A DNA stretch of 64,000 nt from an uncultured Gemmatimonadales bacterium (GTDB lineage Bacteria > Gemmatimonadota > Gemmatimonadetes > Gemmatimonadales > GWC2-71-9), in NCBI GenBank assembly GCA_963779755.1, contig CAVZZO010000003.1:544001-608000 (forward strand). Reading direction: 5' to 3'. Shown here in pieces: positions 21,665 to 32,307 of the stretch. Below the pieces are notes generated by a model. That model had not been told where the DNA came from and did not search any database. It was given only the letters and a program-made list of their open reading frames with translations. Each line of letters opens with the position of its first letter. Position 1 is the first letter of the stretch. A program made the position numbers and the translations under genes.

Positions 21665-21812
21665 CAGGAACCAGGAATCGGGAATCAGGGCCCTAACCGA
21701 GGATCCCTCGATCCTGATTCCTGATTCCTGATTCCTGATTCCTGATTCCTGATTCCTGATTCCTGATTCCTGATTCCTGATTCCTGATTCCTGATTCCTG
21801 ATTCCTGATTCC
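21665..21812. repeat. Heptamer tandem repeat (CCTGATT)x14 with an inverted degenerate arm
   Basis: 14 perfect CCTGATT copies at 21713-21810; CAGGAACCAGGAATCGGGAATCAGG at 21665-21689 is the complementary arm. Confidence 0.95.
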
Positions 21813-21831
21813 TCCCATAGTATCTTTCGGC

Positions 21832-23010
21832 ATGCCCGCAACACCCATCTATCTCGATCATGCCGCCACGACCCCGGTCCGCCCCGAGGTCCTGGAGGCC
21901 ATGCTGCCCTACCTCTCGGAAACCGCTTTCGGCAACCCCTCGAGCGCCCACCGCTTCGGCCGGGCGGCGCGGGCGGGCATGGAGGAGGCCAAGCGGAAGG
22001 TGGCCGCGGCGGTAGGCGCCGAGCCCAGCCAGGTGATCTTTACCTCCGGCGGCACCGAGGCCGACAACCTGGCCATCATCGGCAGCGCCCTGGCCTCGCG
22101 CGACCGGGGCGGCCCCATGCGGGTGGCCGTGAGCGCCACCGAGCACAAGGCGGTACTCGCGGCGGCCCATGCCGTGCGCCATCTCGGCGGTGAAGAGGAC
22201 ATCCTGCCGGTAGACGCCGGCGGCAGGATCGATCCGGCGGGGCTGGATCGTGCCCTGGAGCACCGGCCCGCGCTGGTCTCGGTCATGTGGGTCAACAACG
22301 AGACCGGTACCATCCAGGACATCCCTGCCCTCGCGACGCGCTGCCAGGAGGCCGAGGTCTGCTTCCACAGCGACGCGGTGCAGGCCTTCGGGAAGATCCC
22401 GGTCTCGTTGCGCGATCTGCCCTGCCGGCTGCTGACCATCTCGGGCCACAAGATCGGCGCGCCCAAGGGGATCGGGGCCCTCATCGTGCGCGACCGCAAG
22501 GCGGTCGAGGCGATCATCCATGGCGGGGGGCAGCAGTTCGGCCTGCGGCCCGGCACCGAAAACGTGGCGGGCGCCGTCGCGCTGGGCCGCGCGGCCGAGC
22601 TGGCGGTGGAGGAGCTGGAGCACGAATCCGCCCGGCTGCGCGGGTTGCGCGACGACCTGGAGCGCCGCCTGCTGGAGGCGGTGCCCGATCTGCGGGTGAA
22701 CGGGAGCGCGGACCACCGCGCGCCCCATGTCCTCAATGTGGCCGTACCGGGCGCCGACAGCGAGGCGCTGCTCATGCACTTCGACCTGGCGGGGATCGCC
22801 GTGTCGGCGGGGTCGGCCTGCAGCACCGGCGCGGTAGAGCCCTCGCATGTGCTCACCGCCATGGGCGTTCCCCGGGAGCTGGCCCTGGGTGCCATCCGGT
22901 TCAGCCTGGGGCACACCACCACGGACAGCGACATCGACCGGACCGCCGCGGTCTTCCCCGGGGTGGTCGAGAAGGTGCGCAAGCTGGCGGGGGTACTGGG
23001 ACGTGGATAA
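21832..23010 (+). CDS. iscS: Cysteine desulfurase (IscS/NifS class I)
   Basis: [37 protein letters not shown] (PLP Lys), GSACS. Confidence 0.93.
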   Translation: MPATPIYLDHAATTPVRPEVLEAMLPYLSETAFGNPSSAHRFGRAARAGMEEAKRKVAAAVGAEPSQVIFTSGGTEADNLAIIGSALASRDRGGPMRVAVSATEHKAVLAAAHAVRHLGGEEDILPVDAGGRIDPAGLDRALEHRPALVSVMWVNNETGTIQDIPALATRCQEAEVCFHSDAVQAFGKIPVSLRDLPCRLLTISGHKIGAPKGIGALIVRDRKAVEAIIHGGGQQFGLRPGTENVAGAVALGRAAELAVEELEHESARLRGLRDDLERRLLEAVPDLRVNGSADHRAPHVLNVAVPGADSEALLMHFDLAGIAVSAGSACSTGAVEPSHVLTAMGVPRELALGAIRFSLGHTTTDSDIDRTAAVFPGVVEKVRKLAGVLGRG

Positions 23011-24148
23011 CAGACGGCAGGACGGTAAGACGGCAAGGGGCAGGGTGCTGGTGGCCATGTCGGGCGGCGTGGACAGCTCGGTGGCCGCCGCGCTGCTGGT
23101 GGACCAGGGCTATGACGTCATCGGCGCCACCATGAAGCTTTTCTGCTACGGCGACGAGGTGCCCGACCGCCCCTGCTGCTCCCTCGACAGCATCAACGAC
23201 GCACGCGACGTGGCGCACCGGCTGGGCATCCCCCACTACGTGCTCAACCTGGAAGACCGCTTCGGCGCCTACGTCATCGACAACTTCGTGGCGGAGTATG
23301 CCGCGGGGCGCACGCCCATTCCCTGCGTCCGCTGCAACTCGTTCACCAAGTTCCGAGACCTGCTGGCCCACGCCGACGCGATGGGATGCGACTTCATCGC
23401 CACCGGGCACTACGCCCGGGCCCGGGCGGGCGCGCTCTATCGCGGGCGCGACCGCCAGAAGGACCAGTCCTATTTCCTCTGGGGCATTCAGCGCGAGGTG
23501 GTGGGACGGATGCTGACGCCGGTGGGCGATCTCACCAAGCAGGAAACTCGCGTCACCGCCCGGCAGCTCGGCCTCTCCACCGCGGAGAAGCCCGAGTCGG
23601 TGGAGATCTGCTTCGTGCCCGACGGCGACTATGCCGCGGTGCTGGAGCGGCGGCTGCCGCCGGAGGCACCGGCGCTCCAGCCCGGGCCCTTCGTGACGCC
23701 GGCGGGCCAGATCCTCGGCGAGCACCGCGGCTTTGCGCGCTACACCATCGGCCAGCGGCGCGGCCTGCCGGGCGGCGCATCGGCGCCGCGGTATGTGGTG
23801 GCGATCCGCCCCGACGACCGCGCCGTGGTGGTCGGCGGGCTGGAGGATCTGGCCGCCTCGGCCGTCGCGCTGGACGAAGTCAACTGGCTGGCGGAGCCGC
23901 TTGCGCCGGGGGCGCGCTGCCAGATCCAGATCCGCTATCGCTCCGCCCCCCTGCCCGCGGTGGTGGTATCGGCCGGACCGGATACGCTGTGCCTGGCCCT
24001 GGAGCGGCCGGGCCGCGCGGTCACCCCGGGACAGTCGGGGGCGCTGTACGCCGACGACGGCCGGCTGCTGGGCGGCGGTGTCATCGGCCGGGTGCCCGCC
24101 GGCCGCGCCGGCCGTACCCTGCCGGTCGTGGCGCTCGCCGCCGGCTGA
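23003..24148 (+). CDS. mnmA: tRNA 2-thiouridylase
   Basis: [48 protein letters not shown] start overlaps iscS. Confidence 0.96.
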   Translation: MDNRRQDGKTARGRVLVAMSGGVDSSVAAALLVDQGYDVIGATMKLFCYGDEVPDRPCCSLDSINDARDVAHRLGIPHYVLNLEDRFGAYVIDNFVAEYAAGRTPIPCVRCNSFTKFRDLLAHADAMGCDFIATGHYARARAGALYRGRDRQKDQSYFLWGIQREVVGRMLTPVGDLTKQETRVTARQLGLSTAEKPESVEICFVPDGDYAAVLERRLPPEAPALQPGPFVTPAGQILGEHRGFARYTIGQRRGLPGGASAPRYVVAIRPDDRAVVVGGLEDLAASAVALDEVNWLAEPLAPGARCQIQIRYRSAPLPAVVVSAGPDTLCLALERPGRAVTPGQSGALYADDGRLLGGGVIGRVPAGRAGRTLPVVALAAG

Positions 24149-24149
24149 G

Positions 24150-26180
24150 ATGCGGCGGATGTTCCGGTGCCTCCGCGCCGGCGCGGCGGTCCTGCTGACG
24201 CTGCCGCCCATGCTGGCGGCGCAGCAGCAGCGGGTTCCCCTCTCGGTGGACGAGTTTCTCTCCCTGGCCACGCTGAGCGATCCCCGCCCCTCGCCCGAGG
24301 GCCTGCTGGTGGCGTTTACCGTCTCGACCCCCTCGCTCGCCAACGACCGCAACAGCTCGCACGTCTGGGTGGTGGACGTCGCCAACGGCCAGGTGCGCCA
24401 GGCGACCACCGGCGCCAGCCACGAGCGCTCGCCCCGCTGGTCGCCCGACGCGAAGACCCTGGCGTATATCTCCGACCGCGGCGGGTCGCCCCAGATCTGG
24501 CGGCTGCCGATCGCCGGCGGCGAGCCCCGGCAGGTGACGGACTTTGCCGCCGGCGTCACCGATTTTTTCTGGTCCCCGAGGGGGAAGGCGCTCTTTTTCA
24601 CCAGCGACATCCCCTGGCCGCCGGGCGAGCAGGCGCGCCGGGACGGCGACTATCCCACCAGCGCGCGGATCTGGACCAGCCTGTTCTACCGGCACTGGAA
24701 CGAGTGGCGCACGGGGCGGCGTTCGCACCTCTTCCGGGTGGAGGTGGAAAGCGGGGAGATCACCGATCTCACGCCCATCGACCGGGACATTCCCACCCTG
24801 GCGCTGGGCGGGCGCGACCTGGCCATCTCCGGGCCGGGCACCGAGCTCGCGGTGGTGATGAACCCCGATTCCTCCCTCGCGACCAGCACCAACAACGACA
24901 TCTACGTGATGGGCCCGGACGGCAGCGGCCGGCAGCCCGTCACCACCAATCCGGCGAACGACCACAGCCCGGCCTACTCGCCCGACAGCCGCTACATCGC
25001 CTACCTGGCGACCGAGACCCCCGGTTTCGAATCGGACCGCCAGCAACTCATTCTCTACGAGCGCGCCACCGGGCGCCGCCTGCCGCTGACGCCCGACTGG
25101 GATCTGAGCGTGTCCGCCTTCACCTGGACGCCCGACGCCCGCGCCATCCTGGCCCAGGTGGTGGAGGGGGGCCAGGAGGTGATCTACCGGATCGAGGTTC
25201 CCAGCGGCCGGCGCACCCGGATCGTGGGCGGCGGCGTGAATACCGAGATCCGGGCGGCGGAACGGGGCGACCTGGTCACCTTCCTGCACCAGACGGCCTC
25301 GCATCCGCCCGAGGTGTGGGTGATGAACGCGCAGGGCGGCGGCCAGCGCCAGCTGACCGATTTCAACGGCCGGGCCCTGGAACGGCTGGCCCTGTCGCCG
25401 GTGGAGCGGTTCGGCTTTCTGGGCACCCAGGGCGACTCGGTCTACGGCTGGCTCATGAAGCCGCCGGGGTTCGATCCCTCGCGCCGCTACCCCCTGGTAT
25501 ATCTGATCCACGGCGGCCCGCAGGGTTCCTGGCTGGATGAGTGGCACCCCCGCTGGAACTACGCGCCCTTCGCCGCGCGCGGCTACGTGGTGGCCGCGGT
25601 CGATTTCCACGGCTCCACCGGCTACGGGCAGCGGTTCACCAACAGCGTCTCACGCCACTGGGGCGACTATCCCTACGACGATCTGATGCGGGGCCTGGAT
25701 TACCTTGCCGCCCTGCCCTACGTGGATCGCGACCGCATGGGGGCGGCCGGGGCCTCGTACGGCGGTTACATGATCTACTGGATGGAGGGGCACACCAACC
25801 GCTTCAAGGTGATGGTAGCGCACGACGGGATCTTCAACCCGCTGAGCTTTGCCGGCACCACCGAGGAACTGTGGTTCCCCGCCTGGGAGTTCGGCGGCAC
25901 CCAGCTCTCTCCCGCCGCCCGGTCGCTGATGGAAAAGTGGTCGCCTGCCAACTTCCTGAACCAGTGGTCCACGCCGCTGCTCGTCATCCACAGCCAGGAG
26001 GATTACCGGGTGGACCTCTCCGAAGGGCTGCAGGCTTTCACCGCGCTGCGGCTGCGGGGGATTCCGGGCAAGTTTCTCTATTTCCCCGACGAGGGCCATT
26101 TCGTCACCTCGCCGCGAGACCGGCGTCTGTGGTGGAACACGGTGCTGGACTGGCTCGACCGCTGGCTCAAGCCCGCCTAG
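24150..26180 (+). CDS. S9 family (acylaminoacyl/dipeptidyl) peptidase, secreted
   Basis: PD40-like propeller repeats (PRWSPD), IHGGPQG, GASYGGY catalytic Ser, DYRV, FPDEGH. Confidence 0.94.
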   Translation: MRRMFRCLRAGAAVLLTLPPMLAAQQQRVPLSVDEFLSLATLSDPRPSPEGLLVAFTVSTPSLANDRNSSHVWVVDVANGQVRQATTGASHERSPRWSPDAKTLAYISDRGGSPQIWRLPIAGGEPRQVTDFAAGVTDFFWSPRGKALFFTSDIPWPPGEQARRDGDYPTSARIWTSLFYRHWNEWRTGRRSHLFRVEVESGEITDLTPIDRDIPTLALGGRDLAISGPGTELAVVMNPDSSLATSTNNDIYVMGPDGSGRQPVTTNPANDHSPAYSPDSRYIAYLATETPGFESDRQQLILYERATGRRLPLTPDWDLSVSAFTWTPDARAILAQVVEGGQEVIYRIEVPSGRRTRIVGGGVNTEIRAAERGDLVTFLHQTASHPPEVWVMNAQGGGQRQLTDFNGRALERLALSPVERFGFLGTQGDSVYGWLMKPPGFDPSRRYPLVYLIHGGPQGSWLDEWHPRWNYAPFAARGYVVAAVDFHGSTGYGQRFTNSVSRHWGDYPYDDLMRGLDYLAALPYVDRDRMGAAGASYGGYMIYWMEGHTNRFKVMVAHDGIFNPLSFAGTTEELWFPAWEFGGTQLSPAARSLMEKWSPANFLNQWSTPLLVIHSQEDYRVDLSEGLQAFTALRLRGIPGKFLYFPDEGHFVTSPRDRRLWWNTVLDWLDRWLKPA

Positions 26181-26181
26181 G

Positions 26182-26571
26182 ATGCGCTCGCTCTTTGTCC
26201 GCTGGCTGATCAACAGCCTGGCCCTCTACGCGGCAGTCGAGCTGCTGCCCGGCATCCATTTCACCCGGGGTCCGGTGGCGCTGCTGCTGGTGGCCGCCAT
26301 CTTCGGCATCGTCAACAGCGCCCTGCGGCCCATGCTGACGATCCTGACCTGCCCCCTGCTCATCCTCACTCTCGGGCTGTTCACCTTCGTCATCAATGCG
26401 GTGCTGCTGCAGTTCACCGCCTGGCTGTCGGGCCAGTTCAACCTGGGGCTGGAGGTGGACGGGTTCGGCGCCGCCTTCTGGGGCGGGCTGGTGATCGGAA
26501 TCATCAGCGTGGTGTTGTCGCTCTTTGTCGGGGAGACCAAGGTCAAGGTGGTGCGGCCGGAGGGCCATTGA
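26182..26571 (+). CDS. Phage holin family-like membrane protein (YvlD/DUF360)
   Basis: NSALRP.L.ILT.PL.ILTLGLF..VINA, VDGFGAAFWGGL. Confidence 0.88.
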   Translation: MRSLFVRWLINSLALYAAVELLPGIHFTRGPVALLLVAAIFGIVNSALRPMLTILTCPLLILTLGLFTFVINAVLLQFTAWLSGQFNLGLEVDGFGAAFWGGLVIGIISVVLSLFVGETKVKVVRPEGH

Positions 26572-26587
26572 GCCAGCATCGCGCCGG

Positions 26588-26677
26588 ACCTCGACCTTCT
26601 CGACCCCCTCGACTCTCTCGACCGCTCTGAGGGGTCGAGGGGGTCGAGGGGGTCAAGGGGATCGAGAGGTTCGAGGG
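26588..26677. repeat. Nonamer (CTCGACnnn) inverted tandem-repeat hairpin
   Basis: CTCGAC units followed by complementary GTCGAG units. Confidence 0.8.
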
Positions 26678-26680
26678 CGC

Positions 26681-26911
26681 ATGCGACAGCCGATCACCGG
26701 ATATCACCGCGACGAGGAGGGCCACTGGGTGGCCGAGCTGGCCTGCGGCCATGGACAGCACGTGCGCCATGACCCGCCCTGGCAGGTCCGCCCCTGGGTC
26801 ACCACCCCCGAGGGCCGCGCCGGCCGCATGGGGCTGCTGCTGAACTGCCTCCGGTGCGATGCCGGAGAGCCTCCCGGCACTCCCGTGTCGCCGGCGCCGG
26901 GGGCGGGCTAG
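26681..26911 (+). CDS. DUF3565 family small protein
   Basis: ITGYHRDEEGHWVAELACGHGQHVRHDPPWQ.RPWV...G..L.C..C. Confidence 0.85.
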   Translation: MRQPITGYHRDEEGHWVAELACGHGQHVRHDPPWQVRPWVTTPEGRAGRMGLLLNCLRCDAGEPPGTPVSPAPGAG

Positions 26912-26920
26912 ATTGAGGGC

Positions 26921-29038
26921 ATGACCGATGTCCGGATTTCCCCGTCCATCCAGGGCGCCACGCCGGTGGCCGACCTGCGGCAGCCGGGGCTCTATATCAA
27001 CCGGGAGCTGTCCTGGCTGGAGTTCAACCGCCGGGTGCTGGCGGAGGCACAGGATCCGCGCAATCCGGCGCTGGAGCGGCTCAAGTTCCTGAGCATCTTC
27101 TCCTCCAATCTGGACGAATTCTTCCAGGTCCGGGTGGCGGGGCTGAAGCAGCAGCTGGCGGTGGGCTACGCGGAACGGACGGCCGACGGGATGACGCCGG
27201 AGGACCAGCTCCGGGCCATTTCGGCGGTGGTGCGTGAGCTGCAGCGCGATCACGGCGCGACGCTGGTGAACGAGGTCATCCCGGCGCTCGCGGCGCACGG
27301 CATCGGTCTCCTCAGCCTGGACGACGCATCGCCGGAAGACCGGGAGTACATCGCCCGCTATTTCCGCGAGAATGTGTTTCCGGTGCTGACGCCGCTGGCG
27401 GTAGATCCGGCGCACCCCTTTCCCTACATCTCGAATCTGAGCCTGTCGATCGCGGTGATGCTGCGCGACAGCGACGGCGAGGAGCATTTCGCCCGGGTCA
27501 AGGTGCCCAAGATCCTGCCGCGCTGGGTGCCGATGCCCGGGACCATGCGTTACATCCCGCTGGAACAGGTGATCGGCGCCAACCTGGAGTCCCTCTTCCC
27601 GGGCGTGGAGATCCTCGGCTGGTACATGTTCCGCATCACCCGGAACACCGATATCCAGATCGACCAGGATGAAGCCGAAGACCTGCTGAGCCTGATCCAG
27701 GAGGAGATCCGCAACCGGCGCTTCGGCGAGGTCACCCGGCTGGAGATCCAGCCCGACATGCCCCGCCCCATGCGGCAGCTGCTGATCGGCGAGTTTGCGG
27801 AGGAGCAGGAGTCCGATCTCGCCTGGCTTACCGACGACGACGTCTACGAGGTAGCGGGCCCGCTGGATGCCGCCGATCTCATGTCGCTCGCCACCCTCGA
27901 CGTGCCGGAGCTGCGCGATCCGCCGCTCCACGCCGTCACCCCGCCGCGCCTGGCCGGGGGCCGTAACCCGTTCGAGGTCATCCGCGAAGGCGATATCCTG
28001 CTGCACCACCCCTACGACAGCTTCCACAGCACGGTGGAGCGGGTGATCCAGGCCGCGGTGGATGACCCCGATGTGCTGGCGATCAAGATCACGCTCTACC
28101 GCACCGGGGGCGATTCCAGCATCGCCCGGCTCCTGGCCCAGGCCGCCGAGCGGGGCAAACAGGTGGCGGTGCTGATCGAGCTGCAGGCCCGCTTCGACGA
28201 AGAGAGCAATATCATCTGGGCCCAGCGGCTGGAGGACGTAGGCGTGCACGTGAGCTACGGCGTGGCCGGGCTCAAGACCCACGCCAAGGTGATGCTGATC
28301 GTCCGGCGCGAGGGCGACGCCATCACGCGCTACGTGCATATCGGCACCGGCAACTACAATCCCAAGACGGCGCGGCTCTATACCGATTTCGGTATCTTCA
28401 GCGCCGACCCGGCCCTCGGCTCCGACCTGACCGACCTGTTCAACGTGCTCACCGGGTTCGCGGTCCGGACCGATTATCGCAAGCTCATCCTGGCCCCCAG
28501 CGGCATGCGCGACCGTTTTCTCTGGCTCATCCGCCGGGAAGCCGCCCTGGCCCGCAACGGGCGCCCCGCCCGCATCCTGGCCAAGATGAACGCGCTGGTC
28601 GATCCGGAGATCATCGCCACCCTGTACGAGGCCTCGCAGGCGGGCGTGCGGGTGCAGCTGATCGTGCGCGGCATCTGCTGCCTGCGCCCCGGCCTGCCGG
28701 GAGTGAGCGAGAACATCGAGGTCCTGAGCATCGTGGGCCGTTTTCTGGAGCATTCCCGCGCCTTCTGGTTCCAGAACGACGGACACGCCGAGGTCTTCAT
28801 CGGCTCGGGCGACTGGATGCCGCGCAATCTCGACCGCCGGATCGAGGTGACGGTGCCGGTGGAGACCACCGCCCACTGCGCCGCTCTCCGCGACTTGCTG
28901 GAGCTGATGTGGCAGGATCACCGGCAGGCCTGGGAACTGCGTGCCGACGGGACCTACACCCGGCGCACACCGCGCCCGGGCGAGGACGCCCGGGGGACGC
29001 ATCAGTTGTTGATGGAGTTGTACCGGCAGGGGCGGTAA
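26921..29038 (+). CDS. ppk1: Polyphosphate kinase 1
   Basis: YINRELSWLEFNRRVL, SNLDEFF, DPAHPFP, HHPYDSF, ELQARFDE, KTHAK, GRFLEHSR. Confidence 0.98.
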   Translation: MTDVRISPSIQGATPVADLRQPGLYINRELSWLEFNRRVLAEAQDPRNPALERLKFLSIFSSNLDEFFQVRVAGLKQQLAVGYAERTADGMTPEDQLRAISAVVRELQRDHGATLVNEVIPALAAHGIGLLSLDDASPEDREYIARYFRENVFPVLTPLAVDPAHPFPYISNLSLSIAVMLRDSDGEEHFARVKVPKILPRWVPMPGTMRYIPLEQVIGANLESLFPGVEILGWYMFRITRNTDIQIDQDEAEDLLSLIQEEIRNRRFGEVTRLEIQPDMPRPMRQLLIGEFAEEQESDLAWLTDDDVYEVAGPLDAADLMSLATLDVPELRDPPLHAVTPPRLAGGRNPFEVIREGDILLHHPYDSFHSTVERVIQAAVDDPDVLAIKITLYRTGGDSSIARLLAQAAERGKQVAVLIELQARFDEESNIIWAQRLEDVGVHVSYGVAGLKTHAKVMLIVRREGDAITRYVHIGTGNYNPKTARLYTDFGIFSADPALGSDLTDLFNVLTGFAVRTDYRKLILAPSGMRDRFLWLIRREAALARNGRPARILAKMNALVDPEIIATLYEASQAGVRVQLIVRGICCLRPGLPGVSENIEVLSIVGRFLEHSRAFWFQNDGHAEVFIGSGDWMPRNLDRRIEVTVPVETTAHCAALRDLLELMWQDHRQAWELRADGTYTRRTPRPGEDARGTHQLLMELYRQGR

Positions 29039-29040
29039 GG

Positions 29041-29125
29041 GCAGGGACCAGGAATCAGGGACCAGGAAACGAGCTAGTCCGGGCGGGAGGGGTAGGTCCC
29101 TGATCCCCGACTCCTGATCCCTGCA
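29041..29125. repeat. Heptamer-type inverted-repeat hairpin between convergent ppk1 and dnaJ
   Basis: GCAGGGACCAGGAATCAGGGACCAGG ... CCTGATCCCCGACTCCTGATCCCTGC. Confidence 0.8.
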
Positions 29126-29127
29126 GT

Positions 29128-30222
29128 TCAGTGAGGCATGCCCGCCAGCTCGGCGAACTTCTTCAGCTCTTCCTTCTGCTCGTCGTTCAGGTCTTCGGGA
29201 ATCTGGACCCGGATCTTCACCAGCTGGTCGCCCTTGCGGCCGGCCTTTTCCAGCCCCATCCCCTTGATGCGGAACTTGCGGCCCGGCTGCGTGCCGGCGG
29301 GCACCCGCAGCACCACCTTGCGGCCGTCGATGGTGCGCACCCGGATCCGGGTCCCCAGAGCGGCCTGCGCCAGGTTGAGCGGCACCTCGCTGATGAGATC
29401 GAGCCCGTCGCGCTCGAAGAAGCGGTCCGGCTCCACCTGGAAGGTCACCAGCAGATCGCCCGCCGGGGTACCCCCCGGCCCCGGCTCGCCCTGACCCCGG
29501 AGCCGCACCTTCTGGCCCGATTCCGTGGCGGACGGCACCGTGATCATCACCCGGCGGTCGGTCCGGACCTCACCCATGCCGCCGCAGGTGGGGCACTTCT
29601 CGGTGGGGATCTTCCCCCGGCCGCGGCACTGGGGGCAGGGCCGGCTCACCGCAAACCCGCCCTGGCCGAAGGTCACCGTGCCCCGCCCGTTGCACTCGGG
29701 GCAGACCAGCACCTGGGCGCCGGGCGCCGCACCACTGCCCTTGCAGGTGGGACAGGGTTCGTTGACCGGCAGCGTGACCGGCACCTTCCCGCCCAGCGCC
29801 GCGACCCGGAAGGGCACCTCGACGACGGCCTCGACGTCGTGGCCGGCGCGCTGCTCCTCCCGGCGCCCGCGACCGAAAATGGACGAGAACAGATCGCCCA
29901 GTCCGCCGATACCTCCCAGGTCGCCGAAATCGAATTGCTGCCCTTCCGGGCCGGGACCCGGCTGCCCCCGGGGCCTCCCGCCTCCCCGCATGCCCTCGAA
30001 GGCGCCGAGCTTGCGCATCTGATCGTACTGGCGCCGCTTCTCCGGATCGGAGAGGACGCTGTGGGCTTCGGAAATGGACTTGAAGCGTTCAGCCGCGGAG
30101 GGGTTGTTCGGATTCGCGTCGGGATGGTACTGCTTGGCCAGACGGCGGTAGGCTTTCTTGATCTCCTCCGCCGAGGCGCCCTCGGAGACGCCCAGTGTCT
30201 GGTAGTAGTCGTTTCCTGCCAC
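29128..30222 (-). CDS. dnaJ: Chaperone DnaJ
   Basis: J-domain HPD, four CxxCxGxG zinc-finger repeats, C-terminal domain. Confidence 0.95.
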   Translation of the reverse strand: MAGNDYYQTLGVSEGASAEEIKKAYRRLAKQYHPDANPNNPSAAERFKSISEAHSVLSDPEKRRQYDQMRKLGAFEGMRGGGRPRGQPGPGPEGQQFDFGDLGGIGGLGDLFSSIFGRGRREEQRAGHDVEAVVEVPFRVAALGGKVPVTLPVNEPCPTCKGSGAAPGAQVLVCPECNGRGTVTFGQGGFAVSRPCPQCRGRGKIPTEKCPTCGGMGEVRTDRRVMITVPSATESGQKVRLRGQGEPGPGGTPAGDLLVTFQVEPDRFFERDGLDLISEVPLNLAQAALGTRIRVRTIDGRKVVLRVPAGTQPGRKFRIKGMGLEKAGRKGDQLVKIRVQIPEDLNDEQKEELKKFAELAGMPH

Positions 30223-30224
30223 GC

Positions 30225-30836
30225 TCAGGCCTGGCCCTGGTCGGAATACACCTGGACCCGGGCCGGCCGGATGAGCTGGCCCTTGAACCGGTAGCCGGTC
30301 TGGAAGGTGGCGCTCACCGTATGGTCCTGCGCCGGTTCCGGCGGCGGGACGGCGGAGACCGCTTCGTGCTCCGCGGGGTTGAACGGCTGCCCCGCCGGAT
30401 CGAGACGCTCCAGGCCGGCAGCCTGCAGTTCCTTGCGGAGCTTGCGGTCGATCAACACGACGGCATCCTTGATGACTTGGTCGGAGACCTCGGTACCCTG
30501 ATCGCTCACCACGCGGTCGAGATCATCCAGCACATCGAGCATCCGCATGACGAATGCGGCCTGCGCCCGGTCGCCCAGCTCGATCCGCTCGCGTGCGATG
30601 CGCTTGCGGAAGTTGTCGAACTCCGCAGCCAGCCGGAGGTGGCGCTCCTGGCACGCATCCAGCTCGCCCTGCAGTCGATCGGCACGCTGCTGGGCATTCT
30701 CCATGGGGAGCCCGGCAGTGGGATGCGCCGGCTCCGCCGCGGTATCGTCCGGCTCGATGGCGGGAGCCTCGGCGGGGGCCTGGGCACGCTCGCTGTCCGG
30801 CTGGTCGGTATCTGTAACTCTGCGTTTATCAGGCAC
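30225..30836 (-). CDS. grpE: Nucleotide exchange factor GrpE (start uncertain)
   Basis: [38 protein letters not shown]. Confidence 0.93.
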   Translation of the reverse strand: MPDKRRVTDTDQPDSERAQAPAEAPAIEPDDTAAEPAHPTAGLPMENAQQRADRLQGELDACQERHLRLAAEFDNFRKRIARERIELGDRAQAAFVMRMLDVLDDLDRVVSDQGTEVSDQVIKDAVVLIDRKLRKELQAAGLERLDPAGQPFNPAEHEAVSAVPPPEPAQDHTVSATFQTGYRFKGQLIRPARVQVYSDQGQA

Positions 30837-30892
30837 TTCGCTGCTCACAGACGGTGAAGGAGGGAAAGATAATACCGCCGCGGAGGCGTAAC

Positions 30893-30960
30893 AGCGGGAA
30901 CCGGGAAAGGGGAAACGGGAACCGGCAACCCTTCCCTCTTCCCCTTTCCCGTTTCCCGCT
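30893..30960. repeat. (GGGAAAC/G)n heptamer inverted-repeat hairpin
   Basis: AGCGGGAACCGGGAAAGGGGAAACGGG ... CCCCTTTCCCGTTTCCCGCT. Confidence 0.8.
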
Positions 30961-30968
30961 GTTCTCAA

Positions 30969-32216
30969 TCACACGGTGCCCCGCATGGCCTTCAGCACCT
31001 GCAGTAGCGCAAACTGGCCGGCCCGGGCCCGCACTTCGTGCCGGTCGCCGCTCAGGGTGTAGTGGGCGACGGTGGTATGGCCGCGGCAGGCGGTCGCGAA
31101 GCAGACCAGCCCGACCGGTTTCTCGGCCGTTCCCCCGCCGGGGCCCGCCACCCCGGTGACCGCCACCGCGGCATCGGTCCCCAGCCGGTTCGCGGCACCC
31201 TCGGCCATGGCGGCGGCGGTCTCCTCGCTGACTGCCCCGTGCGCCGCCAGCAGCCCGGCAGGAACCCCCAGCAGCGAAGTCTTCACCGCATTGTCATAGG
31301 CAATGACGCCACCCCTGAAAACCTCCGAGCTTCCCGGGACGGCGGTGAGGCGCATGCCGAGCATGCCGCCGGTACAACTCTCGGCGACGGCCAGGGTCAT
31401 TCCACGGGTGCGGGCTTCCTCCAGCACCAGGGCGGCCAGATCCTGGTCGTCCTCGCCGTAGACCCAGCGGCCAGCCTTCTCCCGCAGCAGCCGGAGCGCC
31501 TCCTCCAGGCGCTGCGCCGCTTCGGCGGGAGCGAGCTGCCAGGCAGTCACACGCAGGTCGACGCCTTCCAGCCCCGGCAGGTAGGCGAGAGTCAGGGGGG
31601 CAAGTTCCGCTTCCACACTGCCCAGGCGGTCGGCCAGCGTGGACTCGGCGACGCCGGTGGTCCGCAAGGTTCGTGATCGGATGACGGCGTGTTCGGCGGG
31701 TAGGCGGCTGCCCAGCCGGGGCAGGACCTCGTGTTCCAGCAGCCGGCGCATTTCGCCGGGGACCCCAGGCAGAAGAATAGCCAGGCCGAGCCCGCCCTCC
31801 AGCCACAACCCCGGCGCGGTGCCCCAGCGGTTGCGCAGCACGGTGGCGCCGCGCGGGACCATGGCCTGGGTGCGGTTGGCGGCCGCGGGGTTGCGGCCCA
31901 TGCGGGCGAAACGGGCCAGCAGGTCCTGCCAGACCGAGTCGTCGAACTCGAGTGGCATCTCGAAGATGCCGGCGACCGCTTCCCTGGTGATATCGTCGCG
32001 GGTGGGTCCCAGGCCGCCGGTGACGATCACTATCCCGGTGCGCCGCATTGCGTCCGCCACCGCGTCGCGAATGGATGGGACGTCGTCGCCGACACTGGTG
32101 CGCCGCACCACCCGGATCCCCAGGGCGGCGCCTTCACGCCCGATGTGCGCACCGTTGGTATCGACGGTGAAGCCGAGCAGCAGCTCGGTACCGACAGTGA
32201 CGAGCTCGAGGTTCAT
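30969..32216 (-). CDS. cinA: Competence/damage-inducible protein A (NMN deamidase fusion)
   Basis: VGTELLLG..VDTN, TGGLGPTRDDIT, LPGVPGEM, AESCTGG, GAVS, GVAGPGGG..EKPVG. Confidence 0.96.
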   Translation of the reverse strand: MNLELVTVGTELLLGFTVDTNGAHIGREGAALGIRVVRRTSVGDDVPSIRDAVADAMRRTGIVIVTGGLGPTRDDITREAVAGIFEMPLEFDDSVWQDLLARFARMGRNPAAANRTQAMVPRGATVLRNRWGTAPGLWLEGGLGLAILLPGVPGEMRRLLEHEVLPRLGSRLPAEHAVIRSRTLRTTGVAESTLADRLGSVEAELAPLTLAYLPGLEGVDLRVTAWQLAPAEAAQRLEEALRLLREKAGRWVYGEDDQDLAALVLEEARTRGMTLAVAESCTGGMLGMRLTAVPGSSEVFRGGVIAYDNAVKTSLLGVPAGLLAAHGAVSEETAAAMAEGAANRLGTDAAVAVTGVAGPGGGTAEKPVGLVCFATACRGHTTVAHYTLSGDRHEVRARAGQFALLQVLKAMRGTV

Positions 32217-32218
32217 AC

Positions 32219-32286
32219 GACGGGAAACGGGAAAGGGGAATGGGGAACCGGCGGCCGTTTCCCATTTCCCCGTTCCCCCTTCCCGT
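32219..32286. repeat. (GGGAAAC/G)n heptamer inverted-repeat hairpin
   Basis: CGGGAAACGGGAAAGGGGAATGGGGAA ... TTCCCATTTCCCCGTTCCCCCTTCCCG. Confidence 0.8.
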
Positions 32287-32307
32287 TGTTCATTTCGCAG
32301 ATACCGC

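Noticed and set aside
26182..26571. Prophage suggested by a holin-like gene
   Set aside because: YvlD/DUF360 proteins are common chromosomal genes, and no phage genes lie nearby.
29128..30836. grpE-dnaJ without dnaK/hrcA as a novelty
   Set aside because: Split chaperone operons are common; dnaK is probably elsewhere in the genome.
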